DNA of 62,629 nt, the filler included, from Globobulimina sp. (Eukaryota), in NCBI GenBank assembly GCA_003354225.1. It is 36 parts of 36 records of this genome, joined end to end, with 100 filler letters (N's around TTAATTAATTAA, not from the genome) between each part and the next. Parts side by side here need not be neighbours in the genome. Positions count along the whole stretch, not along the records: positions 10,459 to 12,101 come from PIVH01013716.1; positions 12,202 to 13,844 come from PIVH01013717.1; positions 13,945 to 15,587 come from PIVH01013718.1; positions 15,688 to 17,330 come from PIVH01013719.1; positions 17,431 to 19,073 come from PIVH01013720.1; positions 19,174 to 20,816 come from PIVH01013721.1; 30 more parts are not named here. The stretch is one strand, 5' to 3'. A program made the position numbers and the translations under genes. Position 1 is the stretch's first letter, and each line of letters opens with the position of its first letter. Below are positions 10,459-20,916 of the stretch, piece after piece. The notes beneath the pieces were generated by a model. The model was not told the origin of the DNA and did not search any database. It was given only the letters and a program-made list of their open reading frames with translations.

Positions 10459-12101
10459 GTTTCGTATTTTTCCGTGTCAAGGGGAACCTTTTTAATAAGT
10501 CCTGCTACCTTGTCATTTACACTTGCCTTTATCTTCATATAAGTACCATCTCTCAACTGGACGTTTATTTCGACTAATAATACTTCAATTTTTTCCAATT
10601 TTTTATGTGCAAAGCCGAGGACGGAAATGGTTTCTTTACCGTATGGTTTTAATCCTAATTTGTCGCTGAATTTTTTCGTAACAAACACCCTTTGACTACC
10701 GGTGTCCATTAATACGCGACATTTTTCGTTTTTACTAAATTTGTCTTTCCTTGCGTTTACATATGCAGTCGACAAAAACACGGTGCCTTTATTTTCTTGT
10801 TCTGTGACATACAATACTCCTGAGTTTTCAATTGTTTTAATCTCTGTATCAATTTTGTTGTCAATGTAACCTTTCAATTCGGTTACAATATCGCTTTTAT
10901 CGTGTGTTAATAATGGGTTCATGTTCTCGTGAGGCATTCTACCTTTCGAATCTATACTTGGGAATTGTTTGTAACATATGCTTCCATGATGTGTATCCCT
11001 TTTGCAATAGAAACATACGACACTGTTTGGACACTTGCTTATCATATGTCCATCTCCCAAACAACGAAAACATTTATCCTCTTTTTGTAACTTTTGTCTA
11101 CGACTATCAGCGTCTGTGTATTTTTGACATTTATCCGAAAAATGATTTTCATTGCAATAAACACACTGACTTCCTTCATGTATATATAGACATTCGACTG
11201 TTTTTGTATTTCTTTTGTTAAAAATTGGCCAACTGTTACTATTGCCGGTTTTATATGGTCGATTATTCGATTCATTTCCATTTTGTTTTGGTGTATTATC
11301 ATTTGACCATCTATTTTGTAATGCTCTGTTTTGATCAATCTGTGGACTTGCGTAGGTTCGAGCAACAAAAGATGGTTTGCTATTCATATTTAAGACCTTT
11401 GATATTTCTCTCCTTTTTACCTCTTTTCCGATTTCTTGCAGTATGAATCCTATACGATCTGTTTTGTCTAACATTTTATTGTACAATTTGATCTTCATAG
11501 CTGTAGGCAATTTAGACAAAATGATTTCTACATAGAGAGGACCTTCTATTGGGACTCCTAGAGTGTCGAGACAACGCAAATGGTTTTCAAGTTCGTTATG
11601 CAATTGTTCTAATTGATCTAATTTTTCATCTACTTGAGGCAGACTTAGGAATCTTTGAGTGTGCGAAGAGATAGTTATGTTTTTGTCACCATACTTATCC
11701 TTCAAACGAGCGATAGCATGACCATAGTTATCTTCAGTCAATTGCATGCCATCCAACATATGTAAAGCTGGGCCTCGCAAATAACTTTTCAAATAACTAA
11801 ATTTTTCGACTGCGCTCAAATTCTCATTTTTATCTATTGTTACGTCGTATCTATCCCAAAATTCTTGCCAACGTAACATATTTCCTGTAAATGGCTCGAG
11901 AGATATCGTAGGTAACTTGACTGTTTTTCTGTCATTTTTACTTTGACTACTTTCCGATATTTTGTCAAGATGTGTCTCAAACACCTTTACTTGTTCTTGA
12001 TTTACTGTTGTTACATGATTGTACATAAGTTGTAATTGTTTTTCAGATGCAAGTCGTGCCTTTTCACTATCATCACGCTGATTTTGTATCTGTTCCCTTT
12101 G
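10459..12101 (-). mobile_element. BEL/Pao LTR retrotransposon gag-protease region (whole contig is one open frame)
   Basis: DUF1759-type KLPTISLEPFTG...WQEFWD..LSAVEKFSYLKSYL; three Zn knuckles (CVYC..H....C, CFRC..GH....C, CFYC...HH..IC); protease RVLMDTGSQRVFVT. Confidence 0.92.
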
Positions 12102-12207
12102 NNNNNNNNNNNNNNNNNNNNNNNNNNNNNNNNNNNNNNNNNNNNTTAATTAATTAANNNNNNNNNNNNNNNNNNNNNNNNNNNNNNNNNNNNNNNNNNN
12201 NAGTCTA

Positions 12208-12288
12208 TTTCATTTCAACGATTAGAAAAGTTTTTGGATAGCTAGAGTGGTTTTGAACCCAAAAACTTTGCTACTCGTTGAAATGAAA
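12208..12288. repeat. 30-bp imperfect inverted repeat (2 mismatches, 21-nt loop) followed by (GAAAC)n
   Basis: 12208..12237 TTTCATTTCAACGATTAGAAAAGTTTTTGG versus 12259..12288 CCAAAAACTTTGCTACTCGTTGAAATGAAA. Confidence 0.85.
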
Positions 12289-12568
12289 CGAAACGAAACG
12301 AAACTAAGCCAAAACAGTTAAATGAGACATGCGTGTTACAATTAGTTACATTTATATTGAGGCAGAATTGGTTATATTTGTATTTCATACTAATTTAGTT
12401 ACAGTTATGGATATAAACAAAGAAAATAATGATGACTAGAAACGAATTTGTCAATTTTACTATGAGTTATTGCAAAATTTTGACAGAAACATTTTGAAAT
12501 TTCAGATATTTTCCCTTAATCAAATTGCAGTACGTTGTTTGGACATAAAAATTGCGTCAATAACAATG

Positions 12569-13096
12569 TCAGTCAATAACAATTAGTTCATTTGGTCGGG
12601 TTTTTTCAAGAATTCTATTCCCGCGGATGCCTCGAAAAGAATTGATTGCTTTGGATTTATCCTCTTTCACTCGGCAGAATAAGTGCGAATGACGCAATTT
12701 AAAGAATTGATGTCTATCTCTACCGCGGTGTTTTAATACTTTTGGCTGTCTCGCTCTCCCCACATTTAGTTTATGTATAACCAAATGATCAGGATTTAGA
12801 CCAAAGATATTGACTGCATTTGATTGAGCATTTTTCAATAAACTAAAAAATTCCCATCCTTTGGGACTTCTGGCAAATCTCATTTGAATCAGTGCTTCGT
12901 CCACAGACATGCCACGTAAATGCCATATGTAATGATTGAATTTTTTTACTCTCCCTTTGATATTATGCCGTCTGGAACGGACTGTTTGTTCGTGATTCTC
13001 ATGCTTTTTGATGCTATGATGTTGTCTGAATCTCATTGATCTATAAAATAAATCATTTGTTGTTATCATTGCTCTTCTGAAAGGATGTTGATACAT
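12569..13096 (-). CDS. MRPL22: Mitochondrial-type ribosomal protein uL22 with Arg-rich presequence
   Basis: KKFN.....LRGMSVDEALIQMRF...K....LLKNAQSNA...GL....LVI....VG.....K....RGR.....K...SHL...VKE. Confidence 0.85.
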   Translation of the reverse strand: MYQHPFRRAMITTNDLFYRSMRFRQHHSIKKHENHEQTVRSRRHNIKGRVKKFNHYIWHLRGMSVDEALIQMRFARSPKGWEFFSLLKNAQSNAVNIFGLNPDHLVIHKLNVGRARQPKVLKHRGRDRHQFFKLRHSHLFCRVKEDKSKAINSFRGIRGNRILEKTRPNELIVID

Positions 13097-13441
13097 TATT
13101 CCAATATTTATTACACTTCAGACTCTTTGAAGTTTTAAATGTTTCTTAAAATCTAATTTGAGTTGAAACACTTGTTGAGAAAGATATCGATCCCAAGGAT
13201 ATCTCTCAAACACTGATGTGTTGTGTCGTGCACCTTTGATAGATTGGTTATTTCCAAACAAAAACGTTTTTGACCCCAGCAATTCATTTGTATATAGACA
13301 CAAAGTTGTAAAGTCTTGTAATTACTAAAAATAATTATATAATTAATTTAATGTGTATGTAATTATTAATAATATTTAGTCACAAGAGTGTAAGGATAGA
13401 ATGTGTAACAATGGACACACAAATGTCATATTATTAAAATT

Positions 13442-13844
13442 TCAGATAAGATTTCTATTTTCTGGTTGTGGAGGACATAAAGCTTTGCACACAAATTGCC
13501 CACTTGGAGGAAATACTGTGTTATCATCAAATGATTTATATTTTACTTTAAACACTAGAATATAACAAAAAAATGCAATTACATCTAATGATGAACATAC
13601 TAATAATACAATCAATACATTATTTGTCGTTGGATAATGGCCCAATAACAGCCAATTAGTCCATTGCATGCAATGTGCGCTTCCTGATAAAAACATAATG
13701 GTTTGTCGTAAATGAGATTTACTATCATATACACAGCGGCAACGCAAATATGATCCCATCCAAAACCAAAAAATAAGCACAAAACGTAATGAAGTCACGG
13801 TCACCGAAAAAATAAGAAAAAACCATGAATGTGCTGAAAATGTA
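13442..13844 (-). CDS. Multi-pass membrane protein, C-terminal fragment
   Basis: Several hydrophobic segments in the ORF. Family not recognised. Confidence 0.4.
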
Positions 13845-13950
13845 NNNNNNNNNNNNNNNNNNNNNNNNNNNNNNNNNNNNNNNNNNNNTTAATTAATTAA
13901 NNNNNNNNNNNNNNNNNNNNNNNNNNNNNNNNNNNNNNNNNNNNGCCGAG

Positions 13951-14080
13951 CAGAGTCAGAGTGTAGTGATCGAGTTGACATGGTTTTAGTGATCGAGTCG
14001 AGCCGAGTGACTTTACTATTATTATCAGCTAACCAAACCCATGGCACTCGATCACTACACTCGGCTCGGCTCTGACTCTG
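13951..14080. repeat. Shuffled GC-rich inverted-repeat element (MITE-like)
   Basis: Perfect 17-bp IR 13959..13975/14046..14062, 11-bp IR 13951..13961/14070..14080, and a 10-bp GAGCCGAGTG/CACTCGGCTC pair. Confidence 0.7.
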
Positions 14081-14129
14081 ACTCATAAACGACAAAGACT
14101 TACTGTCACCACACAATAATGCATTGCTA

Positions 14130-15587
14130 CTACCAACGAGCATACGTGAACTTCTTATATTTATTTGGATACCTATTTTTATACAATTTATTTTGATGTT
14201 TGCGCAAGTTTTTTTTATATTTTCTTTTCATTTGACTCTTGTATTTAGGATTACTATTCACTTCATTCAACATATATTTCCCTATATCATTCACTGATTT
14301 TACATTCAATGCATTCATTATCTGTTTATATTTATACATTTTACCAGTATTCCCAATACATGATATTCCAAATTGCATCAAAGCAATAAATGCTTCGCCA
14401 AAATCTTTATCATCATTTTGAATGAATGTAATAATATCATGTACGCATTCTTGATCAATATAATCTTTATAAAAACATACAAGTTCATCAAAACCCAGGT
14501 ATTCATATTCATATTCATCAATAAGTTCATCTTTTAAATTTATATATGTCTCAATCCAATCTACCCACACCATTGCAACATGATTATCATTATCCAGTAT
14601 GTCAACACCATTTGGTTTAATTAATAACATCGCATTTACTTTAATCTCATCCTCGAGCTCATTGCCATTGCAATGTATTTCAATTCCTTTGTATAAATTA
14701 TTTAAATCATATAATTTTGATGGATTATTTAATGGCCAAATTGCAGATAATTGAGGTTCAAACAATTGATAATATTTAAACATCTCAAATAATTCAATAT
14801 ATGCCGCAGAATTTATTCTTTTTTTATCCTCAATTTCAATATTTATTGCTATGCAAACACTCTTTGTATTCTTCACAAAATAAACAGTTCCGACATCATT
14901 AAATAAAACATATTTACATTGCTTTATAATAGTTTTATCTCTTTGTCGTTTTTGTTGATAAAAATCTCTCAACCTCGATGTCAATAAACTTGTCTTTGTC
15001 TTTGATTTGTTGCCTTTTTTGCCAGCTATGCCCAGATCAAAAGTATCATAACCATTTGGGATTTGAGCAACAATATTCTTATCAAATTGTAATGAATGAT
15101 ATAATAATGGCTTCTCATAATTGTTCATCCAAAAATATCCACAATGTAATAATAAATAGACATCAAATATTAAGGACAATAAATTGGTTGAAATATCTAT
15201 ATTATATTTAAAATAAACAGTTGTCCAAAATATTGATTTAATGACCTGCTCATTGTCCATTATATCCGTAATTATAAATTGTTTTTTATTCAAACGCGAT
15301 GGTCCTTTGATAATATTTATTTTCATTGAATAGCTATTTTTATTCCTATTCAATGATGTTGATATTTTCAATAATATTTCTCTGCTAATTTGTAAATTTT
15401 TGCATGATGAGATGATGGATATATTTCCAATATAATTTGATTCATTTGTATCACTATGCTGCTGATTTCCATCCAGTTGCTTCAAACGAGAGGTATCTAC
15501 ATTGAAATGTGAATGTTTTATCTGGAATTTAATAATGACTGTGATGTTATTTATGAAATCATGCATGATATGCATTGACAATATAAA
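14130..15587 (-). CDS. Hypothetical protein (>480 aa, intronless, basic C-terminus)
   Basis: Long uninterrupted ORF in very AT-rich DNA. No motif recognised. Confidence 0.6.
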   Translation of the reverse strand, partial: FILSMHIMHDFINNITVIIKFQIKHSHFNVDTSRLKQLDGNQQHSDTNESNYIGNISIISSCKNLQISREILLKISTSLNRNKNSYSMKINIIKGPSRLNKKQFIITDIMDNEQVIKSIFWTTVYFKYNIDISTNLLSLIFDVYLLLHCGYFWMNNYEKPLLYHSLQFDKNIVAQIPNGYDTFDLGIAGKKGNKSKTKTSLLTSRLRDFYQQKRQRDKTIIKQCKYVLFNDVGTVYFVKNTKSVCIAINIEIEDKKRINSAAYIELFEMFKYYQLFEPQLSAIWPLNNPSKLYDLNNLYKGIEIHCNGNELEDEIKVNAMLLIKPNGVDILDNDNHVAMVWVDWIETYINLKDELIDEYEYEYLGFDELVCFYKDYIDQECVHDIITFIQNDDKDFGEAFIALMQFGISCIGNTGKMYKYKQIMNALNVKSVNDIGKYMLNEVNSNPKYKSQMKRKYKKNLRKHQNKLYKNRYPNKYKKFTYARW

Positions 15588-16567
15588 NNNNNNNNNNNNN
15601 NNNNNNNNNNNNNNNNNNNNNNNNNNNNNNNTTAATTAATTAANNNNNNNNNNNNNNNNNNNNNNNNNNNNNNNNNNNNNNNNNNNNATGTTTGAGTTGA
15701 GTGTGTATGTGATACTAAATGAAAGATATTCACAAATTGAGGTCATTAAAACAAAAAGAAAAAAAAGAAAAAAAGTATGAATATGCACAGGATAGTTAGG
15801 TAATATCTAGGGAGGCCAAATTGGTTCCCCACACATCCCATGATAGGTAGAAATCCTATATTATATATAGCAACGTTTTTTTTGTTTTTATTTTATTTTT
15901 GTTTTAAGAGCTAGCCTCACACACTTGTGAAAAACAGCTTCTTTTGGGATTCATATTTGAACATACTAGCAATGCGTTCATATCACTAGAATTTCAATAT
16001 TATATTATGTAGTTGTTGCATATAGATATTACAACAATTCTGTCACATTTTCGCGAGATTTGAGAAGGCAGATCATTGTGTATTCATCTTTCCATGTACA
16101 CGCTGATCTGACAATATTCTGCATGCGTACAATGGAAACATCAACAAAAACAACAATACAAACCAAAAAACAATGGTAAAATAAAGGAATTCAAAACGCA
16201 AAAAAACAAAGATACCAAACACAACACCAAATATTACAGCTGCCCTTACATGATTTGAAATAGATAATCAAACGTATTTTTATATTTACAATCAATGTGT
16301 TTAAATAAATAGTTGCCAATGCCAAAGAACGTGTTCATTAGGTTGAGGTGCTTGAACTTATATATATCTTGCGCACCAATTATGGTCGACCTCTATGGAA
16401 CGGGTTGCACCAAATAATAACATTGATATCCATTGATAACCGGTTCGTATATGATGTGATGACTGGGTTATGGCGTTGGTTGGAGATCGATAGTGTGACA
16501 TCTCGATAAATTTGAAGTGCCGAACATTTCCAAAACTTCACAAGTGTGACAAAAAATAAATAGAGTA

Positions 16568-17014
16568 TTATTTACATTTAACAAAAGGTTCTTGCTCCTC
16601 GTGTATATATACTTGCTGATGCACAGGTGACTCACTAGTATGTGATGATGTGCAATAAATGTATATTTCATACATAAATGGCAATAAACAGGCAAATGTG
16701 ACTATTAACATTCCAATTGCTTCATAAATATTTGGTACATCATTGAACCAAAAAGTCTGAAATAAAAATGCATATAAAATTGAAATATATTCCAAGAATG
16801 ATACCTTTGTTGCATCTCCCATTTGATACCCAATAATTCCAAATAATATAGAAGCAAATCCAAGTAACCCTGACGCCGCGCACCATGCTAATGATTTTAT
16901 ATCAAACATCCACTGTGATATATTTACAAAAATGTAATCGTCATTGATATTTGCAAAATGATTTATAAATAACAACAAAGGAACCCAAATTAATAAACTT
17001 TGAAAACTACTCGC
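16568..17014 (-). CDS. DMT/EamA-family transporter, last exon
   Basis: GYQMGDATKVSFLEYISILYAFLFQTFWFNDVPN.YEAIG. In-frame AG acceptor at 17015-17016. Confidence 0.75.
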   Translation of the reverse strand, partial: ASSFQSLLIWVPLLLFINHFANINDDYIFVNISQWMFDIKSLAWCAASGLLGFASILFGIIGYQMGDATKVSFLEYISILYAFLFQTFWFNDVPNIYEAIGMLIVTFACLLPFMYEIYIYCTSSHTSESPVHQQVYIHEEQEPFVKCK

Positions 17015-17430
17015 CTGTATATTTACATTTATATTTATTTTGTTAAGGTAGTACAGGAACTAAGCAATTAGAATTTGTATGACATGATAATATAAGGCTA
17101 GATTAAAGAGAACTCAATGGAATTCAAAAATTCTTTCAACAGATAATAGCTATGATTCTCAGGTATGTTTGTACATGAAATAAATTATGTTTCTGTTGTA
17201 CATGATATTTAGAAACAAAAGCAAATACTACACGTTTTTTGGAATGATTGGTCTATAGATGCATCAAATTAGCTCGCAATATTCACTTTGAATAAAATTC
17301 CTTTGAGGTATGGACACATCCAATAAATACNNNNNNNNNNNNNNNNNNNNNNNNNNNNNNNNNNNNNNNNNNNNTTAATTAATTAANNNNNNNNNNNNNN
17401 NNNNNNNNNNNNNNNNNNNNNNNNNNNNNN

Positions 17431-17772
17431 TTATCGCAAGACACAGAAATTGCGTGGACCACTCATGTGATGAGTTTATCTCTTGATTGCGCTGTTAATT
17501 TATTCTCATTATACTTGCAATTTTCTGTTGGCGAAAAAGTGTTTTATAAAATATGCGGACAATTAGCTGGGACGTGGCAAGCAAAATTATCAAAAAAGCG
17601 TCGCAAAGCAACCATGTCCTGCAGAACCACCGATTCTGTCGTTTCATCCGCACCCAATTGCAAGAATTGCAATTGCAAAACATCACATTCTGTGCAAATA
17701 TCCATTCCACAGATCACACCGCTATCTTCTGATGATATTTTTTGCTCCACAACACAAAATATAACTAACTAA
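17431..17772 (+). CDS. C-terminus of a 7TM/GPCR-like membrane protein
   Basis: DCAVNLFSLYLQF..G..V.YKIC resembles the last helix at 48119..48300 (DSLIT..AILCLFRFG..IYPKIC). Confidence 0.45.
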   Translation, partial: LSQDTEIAWTTHVMSLSLDCAVNLFSLYLQFSVGEKVFYKICGQLAGTWQAKLSKKRRKATMSCRTTDSVVSSAPNCKNCNCKTSHSVQISIPQITPLSSDDIFCSTTQNITN

Positions 17773-17955
17773 AAATAAAACAATTGATTTGTACAAAACA
17801 TTTTACTTATTTAATTAATTTTTTTTCTTTTCCCGTAGATTGTACTGTATCGTAGATTGTGTGTGTCGTAGATTGTACTGTATTATACAGGTCTCCTTGT
17901 AAAGATTGTTAAATTTATATACAACAATTGTTTCTAGAATCATTGCAATCGCAAC

Positions 17956-18029
17956 TATTGACCTAATTTTCATTGTGGGTCGGATTTCAACTTTTGGAGA
18001 TCGATCACCACAACGAAACTAGGTCAATA
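17956..18029. repeat. 74-nt imperfect hairpin
   Basis: TATTGACCTA..TTGTGG arm pairs with CCACAA..TAGGTCAATA around a short loop. Confidence 0.7.
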
Positions 18030-18130
18030 ATGGTTTGTATACGGTCTAACGTTCACGTAGAAACAGGAACGAACTCAACGAATGAAACTTCCGATAGATA
18101 ACCCCTGCCATTCGACTTGTATCAGTTATA

Positions 18131-18739
18131 ATGGGTTGCTGCGTGTCTTCAAAAACAAATGAGGAACTATTAGCTGAAAGAGAGAAACAGATGCATCGAA
18201 TGTTAGTTATGGCTGCAGAACTTGCAAAAGAAGCGAAACAAACAAATGATGGTTGTACAATTATCCCAATGAATTCAGCAACTGGACAATTTCCAACGGA
18301 TTTGCCACAATGGCTAACAGATAGAATATCACAAAATGAATATAATATTATTTTAAGACAGTTAAATGATTGTACAGTACCATTATATTCGTCAACTGAG
18401 CCAATTCAACAAAAATTACACATTGCAAATGTTCGAGGACAGACTGATTTGCAACAAAAATATTTCAAGGAAATGCAAGTTATCCAATCAAATCTGGTCA
18501 TTAAAATAAATGAGATTTGTGATAATATAAATGATAGTTTTCTATATCCCAAAGGAATGAGAATGACAAACTCATTCGCTGAATATAAAGAGGCCAAAGT
18601 TATTATTAAACAAAAAACAATGTATTCCGGAGTTGGAGTTAAACGTACCGTTGACATTGAGTACGTTAATAAACCTACAACACCATATGTTGGTGTCTGT
18701 ATTCATATCGGTCGTCCAATCCATTCATCAACGCAGTAA
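18131..18739 (+). CDS. Acylated (MGCC) protein with ERF4/Golgin-A7-like segment
   Basis: MGCCVSS N-terminus. FPTDLPQWLTDRISQNEYNIILRQLN resembles the Erf4 motif FP..L..RI...EF...I..IN. Confidence 0.5.
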   Translation: MGCCVSSKTNEELLAEREKQMHRMLVMAAELAKEAKQTNDGCTIIPMNSATGQFPTDLPQWLTDRISQNEYNIILRQLNDCTVPLYSSTEPIQQKLHIANVRGQTDLQQKYFKEMQVIQSNLVIKINEICDNINDSFLYPKGMRMTNSFAEYKEAKVIIKQKTMYSGVGVKRTVDIEYVNKPTTPYVGVCIHIGRPIHSSTQ

Positions 18740-19275
18740 ATTAAAACAAAACACATGTTTTGTAAATTGTTTTGTTGTGTTTGTAAATTGTTTCATTTGT
18801 GTATTTTTTAATTTGTTTCTAGTACAGAACATATTTCATAACGTTTTCACAGAAACCGCACATCGATATGAATCAGAGTGACACATTAGGGTTTTTGCTT
18901 TTAGTTCATTTCTTCAATGAACGCTTTGATAATTGAAGAAAAAAAAACTTTTGCCATTTAGAAACATAACATTTTGCTTTCGTCATGGCACTCAGCGAAT
19001 TACAAATGCAATCTCAATCCAATGCACAGTCCACAAACTCCTGCCTAGCTCAAGTAGAGCACTGGATAGATATNNNNNNNNNNNNNNNNNNNNNNNNNNN
19101 NNNNNNNNNNNNNNNNNTTAATTAATTAANNNNNNNNNNNNNNNNNNNNNNNNNNNNNNNNNNNNNNNNNNNNTGGAAGTATTTAAAAAACTGTAAAGTT
19201 TTTATTCTGTTTAATAAATTTAAAAATGCAACATGTTCAAGAGCCAATGGTAAAAATAGTTATTGTGGCGGGTAT

Positions 19276-19740
19276 ATGGCAACATATTATTATCAAACGC
19301 AAAATGGTACATGTTCCACATTATTATTTGAAACGTCAGAGTGTAATTGTGACAGTACACCATCGAGCACCCCATCTGATTACAGTGGTTTATCCGATTG
19401 GGACACATGTTGGATTCTTAACTGTGATGATGAAGATGACTGGACATTCACGCATCCGGATGAATCACAGGCAATGAGTGATAATTCTTTAGTTGTTGCT
19501 ATTGTAGCAACAGTATTTTTTATTGGAATCATAATATATTGCAATTATCAATTGAGAACTTGGAATCGCAAACCTGGAAATAAGAGTAAAATGCAACATA
19601 AGGATAATAGTATTCAAGTACAGAAAGCAAACAATGTACAAATTGTACAACAACAACAAAAACAAGTACCGGTTGTGATATATCAACTACCTCCTCAACA
19701 ACAACAAATGCCACCGTATGATCCAAATGCTGGTCATTAG
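19276..19740 (+). CDS. Single-pass membrane protein, Cys-rich ectodomain and Gln/Pro tail (start uncertain)
   Basis: TM LVVAIVATVFFIGIIIYC; QQQMPPY tail. The frame is open to the contig start. Confidence 0.55.
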   Translation: MATYYYQTQNGTCSTLLFETSECNCDSTPSSTPSDYSGLSDWDTCWILNCDDEDDWTFTHPDESQAMSDNSLVVAIVATVFFIGIIIYCNYQLRTWNRKPGNKSKMQHKDNSIQVQKANNVQIVQQQQKQVPVVIYQLPPQQQQMPPYDPNAGH

Positions 19741-19852
19741 TAATAAACTTTTACTGGATCTTGTACATAAATAAATAATGAAAGATTAATTTAAAGCAAA
19801 TATTAAACAGTTTTTAGTCAGTTTCATTCTTGCACTCCTGTCGATCACTATA

Positions 19853-20682
19853 ATGTTTGGGAACTGGGATTATACACAGCCACTCCCTCGAAAATCAGAT
19901 AAATACGATGGAATGGGCATTGGTATTGAGAACGCAGAAAATGTGATCGCAGATGAGGAAGATGCACGATATGATAAAGCAATAGCTTTAGGCGACCCAG
20001 AGACCGCAGCGTTACGTGTGGTTGCATTACATAAATCAGAATCGGGTGCTTCAAGTTTTTTGTTAAAATGTATATATAATGAATTTTCGGAGGAAACCTA
20101 CGATAATAAATTATTGCAGTGGTTTGTTTCTTATAATATATAAATATATACAAATATATAAATTTAACATTTTTGTTTAGGGATCAACATCAAATGCAAT
20201 ATGAATATGAGTATCAAGTGGACGATACTAAAGAAGAGACATTAACATCAGAAACAATAAGAATATCAATGTTTGATTTACGTGGCTTTGATAATGCGCA
20301 ATCTAAGGATGATATGGACGAACGCATCCAACAAACAATGCAATATTCCAACGTTGTTTTACTTTTATATGCTGTGGATAATAAGAGTTCGTTTGAAGGC
20401 GATTATAGTATTCAAGATATGAAACCATATTTAGATAAACATTTAATTGCATCAAATGAAAAAAAAATTGCAATTTTGGTTGCCACAAAGATTGATTTAA
20501 GTGAAGACAGAAAAATATCCACTGAAACTGGTCAAAAATTAGCAAATGATTGGAAAATACCGTTTGTTGAAATATCAAATGTGAATGGAGAAAATATTAA
20601 AAAATTACTTGAAGAAATTTGTTGCATTCATAAAAAACACCCAAATGGAGTTAATAATAATGGATGTTGTATTATATTGTAA
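19853..20682 (+). CDS. Divergent Ras-superfamily small GTPase with CAAX box (intron 20122..20180)
   Basis: VLLLYAVDNKSSF, ILVATKIDL, G..LA..WKIPFVEIS, C-terminal CCIIL. The 59-nt intron joins the two ORFs in frame. Confidence 0.8.
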
Positions 20683-20916
20683 ATTATATTTGCATTTAAA
20701 TCAAAAACGACTTCAATGTATATGTACATATATAATGTCAACTTTTTGTTTCATATGTTGCAGTTTAACGTGTGCCATAATGCCTGATAATGGTAGTCCA
20801 AAATGTCAAGCGTTTTNNNNNNNNNNNNNNNNNNNNNNNNNNNNNNNNNNNNNNNNNNNNTTAATTAATTAANNNNNNNNNNNNNNNNNNNNNNNNNNNN
20901 NNNNNNNNNNNNNNNN

